A DNA stretch of 64,000 nt. It comes from Verrucomicrobiota bacterium (lineage in GTDB: Bacteria > Verrucomicrobiota > Verrucomicrobiia > Verrucomicrobiales > V1-33). The stretch is taken from contig JBDKER010000003.1 in the NCBI GenBank assembly GCA_039795165.1, positions 105,220 to 169,219 of the forward strand. The letters run 5' to 3'. Of this stretch, positions 22,329 to 30,731 are shown one piece after another. Numbering within the stretch: the first letter of the stretch is position 1; each line of letters begins with the position of its first letter. The notes under the pieces are model-generated. The model was given only the letters and a program-made list of their open reading frames with translations, ran no database searches and was not told where the DNA came from. The translations under genes and the position numbers were made by a program.

Positions 22329-23141
22329 ATGAACGCCAAACGTCTTCTGCGTCCCTTCCCCATTGCCACCGTTTTTTCCCTGCTCGCCACTCCGCTTGTG
22401 CTGGCGGCCGAGGAAGAAGCGAAGGGTGGATTCTCCGAAAAGTCTCTCTGGGACATGATTGTCCTCGGGGGGCCGGTGATGATCTTTCTTTTCCTGTTCT
22501 CGATCGGGATGGTCTGGCTGGTGATTGACGGGGTGCAGCGTTCCTCGCTCAAGCGGCTCATGCCGGAAGGCGAGCTGGAGAAGATGCGGAACTATTTCCG
22601 GGCGGGCGACTATGTGGGAGCTCACCAGAGCTGCGTGGACAATCCCTGTGCCTTCAACAATGTGGTGCGGGCTGGTCTGGTGAACGTGGGGGATGGCAAG
22701 GATGCGACCGAGGAAGCGATCCTTGCGGAGATCAACCGCGAGCAGCAGCGTCAGGCGACGCGGCTGTCCTATCTTTCCGTCATTGGGGTTTGCACGCCGA
22801 TGGTGGGTCTGATTGGAACGGTGTTCGGGATGATCGGGGCCTTCGGAGAACTGGGCAAAGGCGGAGCCACCCAGAACACGGAAGCGCTTTCCGAGAAAAT
22901 CGGCGAGGTGCTGGTGGCGACGGCATCTGGTCTGGTGATCGCGGTGCCAGCCTTCATGGGCTTCTACTTCCTGCGCAACCGTCTCCAGGGATCGGTGCAC
23001 GAGATGGAGAACGAAGTGGCCAACCTCTTCCGGAAGTTCCCGTATCATCTGGCTGAGGGAGTTCACGTGGGCGACCAGGAACTCTACGCCAATGCGCCGG
23101 CCTGGGTGGAAGGTGGCGCGGGCGACGCCGTGCAGGCCTGA
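22329..23141 (+). CDS. MotA/TolQ/ExbB proton-channel family protein
   Basis: The ATG at 22329 gives a signal-like N-terminus; an alternative ATG at 22227 overlaps the upstream stop (ATGA). Conserved core TPMVGLIGTVFGMI and GEVLVATASGLVIAVPAF. Confidence 0.9.
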   Translation: MNAKRLLRPFPIATVFSLLATPLVLAAEEEAKGGFSEKSLWDMIVLGGPVMIFLFLFSIGMVWLVIDGVQRSSLKRLMPEGELEKMRNYFRAGDYVGAHQSCVDNPCAFNNVVRAGLVNVGDGKDATEEAILAEINREQQRQATRLSYLSVIGVCTPMVGLIGTVFGMIGAFGELGKGGATQNTEALSEKIGEVLVATASGLVIAVPAFMGFYFLRNRLQGSVHEMENEVANLFRKFPYHLAEGVHVGDQELYANAPAWVEGGAGDAVQA

Positions 23142-23186
23142 GCCTGACGGATAAATTACTTCAACCAACCTTCACTCTAAAAACCT

Positions 23187-23633
23187 ATGGGCGGCGGCGG
23201 CGGCGGCATGGAAAGCGGGGAGCCTGAGTTTCAGGTCGCTCCGATGATTGACGTGCTCCTTGTGATTCTCATTTTCTTCATGAGCATCACGACGGCGCAG
23301 ATTGAGAAGCTCGACAAGTCGATTGCGCTTCCGGTGGCACCTGATGCCAAGGAGCGGAAGCCTGACAAGAACCAGCGGACGGTGAACGTGCGCTGGAACA
23401 AGAACGAGCAGAAGGCCCTTATGACCTTCGGGGGGCTAGAGTGGCAGGACCGGGAGGGACTGGCCGAGGAACTCCGGAAGATTGCGGACACCATGCCGGA
23501 CGGCAAGGGGGGTACGCGACTGGAGATTCTGGTGCGGGCTGACCGGGCGACGCCTGCCAAGGAAGTGCAGGCGGCCATTGCGGTCATTGCTCAATCAACT
23601 GCTGCGGTGGCCTACGCCACGCACAACCGCTGA
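23187..23633 (+). CDS. ExbD/TolR family protein (copy 1)
   Basis: 148 aa. The TM segment with the conserved Asp is FQVAPMIDVLLVILIFFM, followed by a periplasmic domain. Confidence 0.9.
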   Translation: MGGGGGGMESGEPEFQVAPMIDVLLVILIFFMSITTAQIEKLDKSIALPVAPDAKERKPDKNQRTVNVRWNKNEQKALMTFGGLEWQDREGLAEELRKIADTMPDGKGGTRLEILVRADRATPAKEVQAAIAVIAQSTAAVAYATHNR

Positions 23634-23642
23634 ACTATCTTC

Positions 23643-24077
23643 ATGAAGCGACACCGCCATCAGAGTCAGAAGGAAGAGGAAGTGGGCTTTCAGATTGCCC
23701 CAATGATCGACGTGGTCTTTGTGATCATGCTCTTCTTCATGGTGCAGGCGGGGAACCGCCAGGTGGAGACCGAGTTGAAGATGAAGCTGCCATCGACGGA
23801 GCCAGGGGATGACGCGAGTGACACTCCGATGGAGGAACAGGTATCGGTCGATCAGGACGGGGCGATCAGCCACAATGATGAGCCGGTATCGCAGGGGGAG
23901 CTGAAGGCGAACTTCAAACGGCTGGCGCAGCAGGCGAAGGCCGAAGGAGGGACGCCGATCATTGTGACGATCACTGCGGAGTCGACGACTCCGTGGGAGA
24001 AGGTTGTGGATGTCATGAATGCGATGCAGTTTGCGGGCATTGCGAACGTTACTTTTTCAGTCAATGAGGAATTCTGA
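23643..24077 (+). CDS. ExbD/TolR family protein (copy 2)
   Basis: 144 aa, TM segment FQIAPMIDVVFVIMLFFMV. It starts 9 nt after copy 1 ends. Confidence 0.9.
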   Translation: MKRHRHQSQKEEEVGFQIAPMIDVVFVIMLFFMVQAGNRQVETELKMKLPSTEPGDDASDTPMEEQVSVDQDGAISHNDEPVSQGELKANFKRLAQQAKAEGGTPIIVTITAESTTPWEKVVDVMNAMQFAGIANVTFSVNEEF

Positions 24078-24172
24078 TGGTGGCTTCCGGTTTCTCCAGG
24101 AAAGCCCGGCAGTGGGCCGTTCCGGGATGAGCTGTATTGTCTGAGAGCACGACTAAACCTGAGGAATCTGCT

Positions 24173-25411
24173 ATGAAGCCATCCCGTTCTCCTGTTTCTC
24201 CGGAAGTGAAGCCTGTGGTTCCGCCGTCGCTGCCCGGGGATGCTTCTGCGGGTGACTTGCTGGATGGGGAGGAAGCTCCGAAGAAGGATGGGCCGTTCAT
24301 GGCCTACTGGAAGAAGATTGGCGGCGGATCGTTCACGATTTCGCTGCTGCTGCATATTCTCTTTCTGATTGCGGCGATTCTGATCGTCTGGACGACCTCG
24401 AATGCGGGGACGGAGGAGAACATTGACTTTCTGAGTGGCGGGGGAGGCGGGACGGAAGGGAACACGAAGATCAACGAGAAGCGGCGTCAGATGATGGTGA
24501 ACAAGGCTCCTGCGATGAAGATTGCGGCGAAGACGAGCGGGGCCATCACGCTGCCGGATACGTCGTCGACGCTGGCGGACATGAGCACGCTGTCGGTGAC
24601 GTCCGGGATGATGAGCGGGACGCCGGGGAGCGGTGGCGGCTTTGGTGGCGGCAAGGGAACGGGGCGTGGAACCGGGATGGGATCGGGTTTCGGGCCGGGG
24701 AGTCAGCCTGGGTTCACGGCGAACTTTCTGGGGCTGACGTCGATGGGGAACAACATCATTTTCTGCATCGACACATCTGGCAGCATGCGGACGAATCTGT
24801 CAGCGGCGGGGATTACCGCGCTGCGGCGTGAGTTGAAGAAGGTGATTGATGGGCTGCCTCCGTCGGCGCAGTTCAACATCATCTGTTTTGGTCAGAACGG
24901 GGATTTGTTCAAATCGAAGAGTGTCACGGCGACGCAGGAGATGAAGAACGAGGCGACGCGGTTCATGGAAGGGTACTATGGGGGCGGAAGTGCGGATTTC
25001 GGGCGGACGAGGACGGAGAAGTACGGGCGGGCCGGCAAGGATGCCCTTGGCATCGAGTACACGGCGATTCTCACCGAGGACATCCAGGAGCTGGCGGGAA
25101 CGGAGGGAGGCAGTCGGATTGATCTGGCGATGGTGGCGGCCTTTGAGCGGAAGCCGACGACGCTCTATGTGCTGAGCGACGGTGCACCGGGAACGCGCAT
25201 GGCGGGTGAACCGGCCATGGACAAGGATGACATCATCAAGCTGATCTACACGAAGTTCGAGAAGATGCTGGGGAAGACGTCCAAGATGCAGGTGAATACG
25301 ATTTCGATTTATTCGAATTCCGAGGAAGGACGGGAAGGGGAGAAGTTTCTGAAGAAGCTGGCGGCGAAGTTCGGGGGCAAGCACAAGGAGATCAAGCCTG
25401 ACAAGTTGTGA
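24173..25411 (+). CDS. TonB/TolA-position membrane-anchored protein: TM helix with S-x3-H, Gly-rich linker, von Willebrand factor A domain
   Basis: ATG at 24173 preceded by GAGGAA; the track start at 24137 is TTG. TM segment SFTISLLLHILFLIAAILIVW, then a G5 run and a GxGxG linker. vWA MIDAS motif IIFCIDTSGSM with a later VLSDGAPG. Confidence 0.8.
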   Translation: MKPSRSPVSPEVKPVVPPSLPGDASAGDLLDGEEAPKKDGPFMAYWKKIGGGSFTISLLLHILFLIAAILIVWTTSNAGTEENIDFLSGGGGGTEGNTKINEKRRQMMVNKAPAMKIAAKTSGAITLPDTSSTLADMSTLSVTSGMMSGTPGSGGGFGGGKGTGRGTGMGSGFGPGSQPGFTANFLGLTSMGNNIIFCIDTSGSMRTNLSAAGITALRRELKKVIDGLPPSAQFNIICFGQNGDLFKSKSVTATQEMKNEATRFMEGYYGGGSADFGRTRTEKYGRAGKDALGIEYTAILTEDIQELAGTEGGSRIDLAMVAAFERKPTTLYVLSDGAPGTRMAGEPAMDKDDIIKLIYTKFEKMLGKTSKMQVNTISIYSNSEEGREGEKFLKKLAAKFGGKHKEIKPDKL

Positions 25412-26400
25412 GGAAGCTGCGGCAGGTTGTGGCGGCGGTCGCGGTTTTCCTTCCTTGCCTCTGCGGGGCAGCGGAACCGGGAAGTGACCTGCGGGTTGTT
25501 CCTGCGGGCAATGGCCGGGCGTTTCAGCTGCGGGATCGGTCGTTCAGCGATCTGAGTGGGCTGACGTGGGTGGGTGGCAACCGCTATGCTGCGGTGTCCG
25601 ACAAGGTGGCGGCGGTGATTCCGCTGATTCTGGCGGTGGATGGGCGGGGTCAGGTGACTGGGGTGGAGCCGGCGGCTCCGGTTCCGGTGGTGACGAAGCT
25701 GAAGGATTTCGAGGGGATTGCATGGGATGGGGTGTCGGGTCGGTTTCATGTGAGTGCGGAGGGCGGGCCGGGAATTCAGGCGTTTGCGGCGGCGGATGGC
25801 CGGGCTTCTGCGCCGTGGCGGCTCCCGTCCGAGTTTGCGATGGTGCGGCCGAATCTGGCACTGGAGTCACTGACCTTGGAGTCGTCCTCGGGGCGATGCT
25901 GGACGGCCAATGAGGAAGCGCTTTCCGTCGATGGTCCGGTGGCGGGCCGGGCGCAGGGAACGGCGGTGCGGCTGCAGGAATTTTCTCAGGAGGGGCGGCC
26001 GCTGCGGCAGTTCTGCTGGGTGACGGAACCGGCCGGAGCGAGGTTTCAGGGGGCAGGCAATGGGGTGGCGGACCTATGTCTGCTGCCTGGCGGATTGCTG
26101 CTGCTGCTCGAGCGGGGGTTTGCATCCGGCGGGCTGCATGCGAGGATTTTCCTTGCGGATTTCCGTGGGGCGACACCGACTGATGGTTTGGCTTCTCTTG
26201 TGGGCGAGGCGGTGCGACCGGTGCGGAAGCGGCTGTTGCTGGATTTGCCCTGTGGATTCACGAACTACGAAGGGCTGTGTGCGGGACCGGAGCTGGCGGA
26301 TGGATCCCGGCTGCTGGTCATGGTGGCCGACAGCAATGGCGGGGACCGTCACAGTTTCCTCGGGTTGCGGCTGAGTGGCCTGCCGGAGCGGAAGCGCTGA
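25408..26400 (+). CDS. secreted phytase-like (esterase-like activity of phytase family) beta-propeller protein
   Basis: The GTG start overlaps the upstream stop (GTGA). Signal peptide present. Family motifs LSGLTWVGGNRYAAVSD, FEGIAWDG..FHVSAEG, NLALESLTL and NYEGLCAGPELADGSRLLVMVADSN. Confidence 0.7.
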   Translation: MRKLRQVVAAVAVFLPCLCGAAEPGSDLRVVPAGNGRAFQLRDRSFSDLSGLTWVGGNRYAAVSDKVAAVIPLILAVDGRGQVTGVEPAAPVPVVTKLKDFEGIAWDGVSGRFHVSAEGGPGIQAFAAADGRASAPWRLPSEFAMVRPNLALESLTLESSSGRCWTANEEALSVDGPVAGRAQGTAVRLQEFSQEGRPLRQFCWVTEPAGARFQGAGNGVADLCLLPGGLLLLLERGFASGGLHARIFLADFRGATPTDGLASLVGEAVRPVRKRLLLDLPCGFTNYEGLCAGPELADGSRLLVMVADSNGGDRHSFLGLRLSGLPERKR

Positions 26401-26479
26401 TGTTTGCCGCGCCGCTTTACAAGGCGTTGGGCCGCTCGTAGGCTTGGCAGTTCGTTTCGTTATTTTCTTCTGCACTGGA

Positions 26480-28282
26480 ATGTCTGTCGCCACCCAAACC
26501 CGCAATTTCTCGATCATTGCCCACATTGACCACGGCAAGACGACGCTGTCCGACCGTCTTCTGGAGGCGACGCGCACGGTGACGCAGCGGGAGATGCAGG
26601 ATCAGCTTCTTGATGCCATGGATCTGGAGCGCGAGCGCGGCATCACGATCAAGTGCCATCCGGTGACGATGGCGTACAAGGCGCGCGACGGGAAGACATA
26701 TAAGCTGAACCTCATTGATACGCCGGGGCATGTGGATTTTGCGTATGAGGTGAGCCGGAGTCTGGGGGCCTGCGAGGGGGCGGTGCTGCTGGTGGATGCG
26801 GCGCAGGGGGTGGAGGCGCAGACGGTGGCGAACCTTCATCTGGCGATGGGGCAGAATCTGAAGATTGTTCCGGTGATCAACAAGATCGATCTGCCTTCGA
26901 GCAATCTTCCGGCGGTCTACAAGCAACTGGAGGACATTCTGGCGATTCCGCATGAGGAGGCCATCAAGGCGAGTGCCAAGATGGGGATTGGGATCGAAGA
27001 CATTCTGGAAGCGGTCATTGAGCGGGTGCCGCCGCCGGAGGTTCCGGAGGATGGGCTGCTGCGGGCCAGTGTCTTTGATAGTGTCTTTGATTCGTACCGA
27101 GGGGTGGTGATGTACGTACGGGTGGTCAGCGGGACCTTGAAGCGCGGGGTGGGCATCACGATGTATGCGACCAACAAGTCGTATGAGATCAAGGAAGTGG
27201 GCATATTCACGCCCAAGCAGGCGCGCTGCGAGTCACTGGTTGCCGGGGATGTGGGGTATGTGGTGGCCAGCATGAAGAGCACGGCGGAGGTGAAGATCGG
27301 GGACACCATCATGGAGACGACGCGGATGGCCCCGGAGCCGCTGCCGGGCTTCAAGGAGATTCAGCCGATGGTTTTCAGCGGGATTTATCCGGTGAGTTCG
27401 GATGATTTCGAGCAACTCAAGCTGGCGATGGGCAAGCTGCAGATCAACGACAGTGCCTTCCGCTATCAGCAGGAGTCATCGGCGGCGCTGGGCTTCGGAT
27501 TCCGCTGTGGTTTCCTTGGGCTGCTGCACATGGAGATCGTGGTCGAGCGGCTGCGGCGCGAGTACAGCATGGACATTATTTCCACGTATCCGAGCGTGGT
27601 TTATGAGATCACGCTGACGAACGGCGAGGAGCTGAAGATCGACAATCCGACGTACATGCCGGATCCGGGGACCATCGAGGAGATCCGCGAACCGACGGTG
27701 CGGGCCTTCATTCTGATTCCGAATGACTGCATTGGAGACATCATGAAGCTGGTGGCGGAGAAGCGGGGGGCTCTGGAGAACACGGAAACTCTTGATAGTC
27801 ATCGGGTCATGCTGACCTGCGTCCTGCCGCTCAACGAGATTCTGGTCGACTTCAATGACAAGCTGAAGAGCATCACGCGTGGGTATGGGAGCATGGATTA
27901 TGAGCATGCGGGGTATCGTGGGGAGCGTCTTGTGAAGATGGAGATGCTGATCAACGGGGATCCGGTGGATGCGTTTGCGACAATTGTGCACCGGGAGAAG
28001 GCAGAGAGCCGGGGGCGTGCGCTGGCGAAGAAGCTGTCCGAGGTGATTCCGCGGCAGTTGTTCACGGTGGCGATTCAGGCGGCGATTGGTGGGAAGATCA
28101 TTGCGCGGGAGAGCCTCGGGGCGATGCGCAAGAATGTAACGGCCAAGTGCTATGGGGGGGACATCACGCGGAAGCGCAAGCTGCTGGAGAAGCAGAAGGA
28201 GGGGAAGAAGCGCATGAAGATGATTGGCAAGGTGAACATTCCGCAGGAGGCCTTTGTGGAGGTGCTCAAGACGGGAGACTGA
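26480..28282 (+). CDS. lepA: translation elongation factor 4 (LepA)
   Basis: Internal ATG at 26480. G1 motif AHIDHGKTTL, then DTPGH and NKID. The C-terminal LepA-specific region ends ..GKVNIPQEAF. Confidence 0.97.
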   Translation: MSVATQTRNFSIIAHIDHGKTTLSDRLLEATRTVTQREMQDQLLDAMDLERERGITIKCHPVTMAYKARDGKTYKLNLIDTPGHVDFAYEVSRSLGACEGAVLLVDAAQGVEAQTVANLHLAMGQNLKIVPVINKIDLPSSNLPAVYKQLEDILAIPHEEAIKASAKMGIGIEDILEAVIERVPPPEVPEDGLLRASVFDSVFDSYRGVVMYVRVVSGTLKRGVGITMYATNKSYEIKEVGIFTPKQARCESLVAGDVGYVVASMKSTAEVKIGDTIMETTRMAPEPLPGFKEIQPMVFSGIYPVSSDDFEQLKLAMGKLQINDSAFRYQQESSAALGFGFRCGFLGLLHMEIVVERLRREYSMDIISTYPSVVYEITLTNGEELKIDNPTYMPDPGTIEEIREPTVRAFILIPNDCIGDIMKLVAEKRGALENTETLDSHRVMLTCVLPLNEILVDFNDKLKSITRGYGSMDYEHAGYRGERLVKMEMLINGDPVDAFATIVHREKAESRGRALAKKLSEVIPRQLFTVAIQAAIGGKIIARESLGAMRKNVTAKCYGGDITRKRKLLEKQKEGKKRMKMIGKVNIPQEAFVEVLKTGD

Positions 28283-28306
28283 CGCCCCACGTACCGAGAT
28301 TTCCCC

Positions 28307-29584
28307 ATGATACCGTTCTTCACACCGCCGTGGCTCAGGAAGTTCCGTGATCTCTCCAAGGGCGTGGACAAGTTTGTGGCGTACCAGCGGGATCTCATGC
28401 CGCCGGAGCGGCTGCAGGAGGTCGAGGACATGCGGTCGGCGTTCCGCAAGGCGCTCAAGGAGCGGGATCGGTCGGCGTTGACGGAGATTGAGCCGAAGCT
28501 GATCCGGAGCTGTGAGACGGCGGTGCCGGGGTATCGTTCTTCGCCATTCCGGGAGAATTTGGAAGTGATCATTGTGGCGGTGATTGTGGCGCTTGGGATC
28601 CGGGCGTACTATCTGCAGCCGTTCAAGATTCCGACGGCGTCGATGCAGCCGACGCTCAATGGGATCACGGCGAAGCGGGTGGAGGACCGGAAGGAGTTGC
28701 CGAATTTTGCCGTGAAGGGCTGGGAGTATGTGTGGCGGGGACGGAATTATGTGGACCGGGAGATTCCGAAGGAGTGGGGCGAGGCGGAATTTCTTGGCTA
28801 CCGGCAGCGGTCGAAGGTCAATTTCTTCACGTTCACCGATCTGTATTTCGACAAGGGTCAGCTGACGGTGTATGCGCCGGCGCGGCAGTTGCTTGGTGAG
28901 TTGTGCATGGATGCGGCGGTGCGGTCGCTCAGTGTGAATATCCGGGCGGATGACAGTCCGGGGGCGCAGTTTGAGAAGCTGAGGACGGGAGCGGATTCTA
29001 CTGGCAGGCCGCGGCGGCTGGTGTTCCGGGGCGGGGATGTTTTTGCGCGGGGCTACATTGATTCGGGCGACCAGTTGCTGGTCGACAAGATGTCGTATCA
29101 CTTCCGGCGGCCATCGCGTGGGGAGGTGTTTGTCTTCAGCACGAATGGGATTACGGGGATTGTGCCGCCGCCGGGTACGAAGTCGCAGCATTACATCAAG
29201 CGGCTGACGGGGTTGCCTGGGGATCGGCTGCAGGTACGGCCGCCGCAGTTGCTGGTGAATGGGGTTCCGGCGCAGGATCCTGGTATTCGCAAGGTGATGG
29301 AGTGCGGGCCATCGGTGACGGGCTATGATTATCCCGGGTACCAGATGCCGTCGATGCCGCAGCCGCCGCTGGTGGCCAACTACCTTGGTTTTGTGAATGT
29401 GGCGGAAACCGACGAGGTGACGCTGCCTGCCGAGCCTGGTCAGCGGGGTTACATGGCGATGGGGGACAACAGTCCGCATAGTTTCGACAGCCGGAACTGG
29501 GGTCCGGTGCCTGAGCGGAATCTGGTGGGACCTGCCTTTGTGGTGTACTGGCCGTTCCGGCCGCACTGGGGGCTGATCCGCTGA
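28307..29584 (+). CDS. lepB: signal peptidase I (long form)
   Basis: 425 aa. S26 family boxes GDQLLVDKMSY, HYIKRLTGLPGD and MGDNSPHSFDSRNWG. It lies directly after lepA, the classic synteny. Confidence 0.9.
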   Translation: MIPFFTPPWLRKFRDLSKGVDKFVAYQRDLMPPERLQEVEDMRSAFRKALKERDRSALTEIEPKLIRSCETAVPGYRSSPFRENLEVIIVAVIVALGIRAYYLQPFKIPTASMQPTLNGITAKRVEDRKELPNFAVKGWEYVWRGRNYVDREIPKEWGEAEFLGYRQRSKVNFFTFTDLYFDKGQLTVYAPARQLLGELCMDAAVRSLSVNIRADDSPGAQFEKLRTGADSTGRPRRLVFRGGDVFARGYIDSGDQLLVDKMSYHFRRPSRGEVFVFSTNGITGIVPPPGTKSQHYIKRLTGLPGDRLQVRPPQLLVNGVPAQDPGIRKVMECGPSVTGYDYPGYQMPSMPQPPLVANYLGFVNVAETDEVTLPAEPGQRGYMAMGDNSPHSFDSRNWGPVPERNLVGPAFVVYWPFRPHWGLIR

Positions 29585-29594
29585 GTCTGCGGGG

Positions 29595-30602
29595 ATGAAC
29601 TCTCCCGGATGGCAGCTGTGGGCGTGGGTGGCATCGGCGTTCGTGTGTTCCGCTGCGGTGCTGTGGTTGAATCCGTGCCGTGGGGTTTTCCGGGAGGGGG
29701 TGCGGCTGCTGGGTCGGCAGGCATGGCTGCTGTGGGTGCCTGCGCTGATGGCTGTGGGGGATTTGCTGCGCGGGGGTGGGTTTTTCGCACGGGACGGGCA
29801 AGGCCGGGTTGCGGAGGGAGCGGTGGAACTGGGATCGATGTCGCTGTACTGGCTGGTACTGAGCGACTGGCCGGCGCTGCTGCTGGTGGTGGGTCTGGCG
29901 GTTGGTTTTCCGGGAGTCCGGGACGGCTGGCGTGCGGGATTCGAGGGGTTTGCTCCGGTGGTCCGACGGGTGTTCCCTGGCCTGGCGGTGGCGGGGGCGG
30001 CTGCGCTGGTCTGGCTTGCGTGGACGGGGGACGAGGGTTTGGTGGGAAAGGCGGCGGTTCTCCTGGCGGTGCCGCTGGTGGTGATGGGAAACGCGGTCAT
30101 GGCGGAACGATGGCGGATCGGGCTGTCGTCGGCGGTTCCGGTTGGCTGGAGTGATGGCTGGAGGCAGTCGGTTTACATGGGCTTGCGCGACTGGGTTCGG
30201 CTTGTGGTGGCGGTTGTGGTGACGGGGTTGGCGGTCTTTTTGCCGGAGCCCTTTGGGGTGGTGGCGCTTGGGATTGGGGCTTTGGCGCTGGCGGCAGGGC
30301 GATGGTGGGAGCATCGGGCTGGAGGGATGGCGGCGCTGCTGTCGTGGATTTGCGTGGCGGCGGCGTGGATTCTGACGGCCGAAGTGCTGGTGGTGCTGGC
30401 GGTGAAGAGGCTGCCGCCTCCGTTGGCGGTGGTGGCCGTCGTGCTGCGGACGGCGGTGGTGGTCGTTCTCTTTGCCGGCCTTGTGCAGACTGGCGAGGCG
30501 GGGCGGTCGGGTGGGCCAAGGACGCTGAGGCTGCGGGCGGGCCGGGAATCCGGCAAGCCGGGCCGTCGGGAGGCTGGGCGGATGAAGCCAAGGGGCCGCT
30601 AG
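29595..30602 (+). CDS. polytopic membrane protein of unknown function
   Basis: 335 aa with multiple hydrophobic W/L/A/V-rich segments and an Arg-rich tail. It starts 10 nt after the lepB stop. I recognise no family. Confidence 0.5.
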   Translation: MNSPGWQLWAWVASAFVCSAAVLWLNPCRGVFREGVRLLGRQAWLLWVPALMAVGDLLRGGGFFARDGQGRVAEGAVELGSMSLYWLVLSDWPALLLVVGLAVGFPGVRDGWRAGFEGFAPVVRRVFPGLAVAGAAALVWLAWTGDEGLVGKAAVLLAVPLVVMGNAVMAERWRIGLSSAVPVGWSDGWRQSVYMGLRDWVRLVVAVVVTGLAVFLPEPFGVVALGIGALALAAGRWWEHRAGGMAALLSWICVAAAWILTAEVLVVLAVKRLPPPLAVVAVVLRTAVVVVLFAGLVQTGEAGRSGGPRTLRLRAGRESGKPGRREAGRMKPRGR

Positions 30603-30677
30603 CCACGGAGTGCAGACTGGGCGTCTGCGGAGCGCATCTGCTGCTGGAGGGGAAAGCTGATTCCTGAAACGCAGAAC

Positions 30678-30708
30678 GCCGCGGGCTGTTCGAGGAACAA
30701 CCCGCGGC
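30678..30708. terminator. hairpin between convergent genes (possible bidirectional terminator)
   Basis: GCCGCGGGCTGTT-cgagg-AACAACCCGCGGC (13-bp stem with one mismatch), with weak T tracts on both sides. Confidence 0.45.
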
Positions 30709-30731
30709 GTCTTGTCAGAGGAGAGTGGAAC

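Noticed and set aside
27476-30100. An 874-aa ORF on the minus strand spanning lepA, lepB and the following membrane protein.
   Set aside because: It is antisense to two unmistakable genes. The translation is Arg/Pro/His-rich with no motifs. This is the typical stop-codon-poor antisense frame of a high-GC genome.
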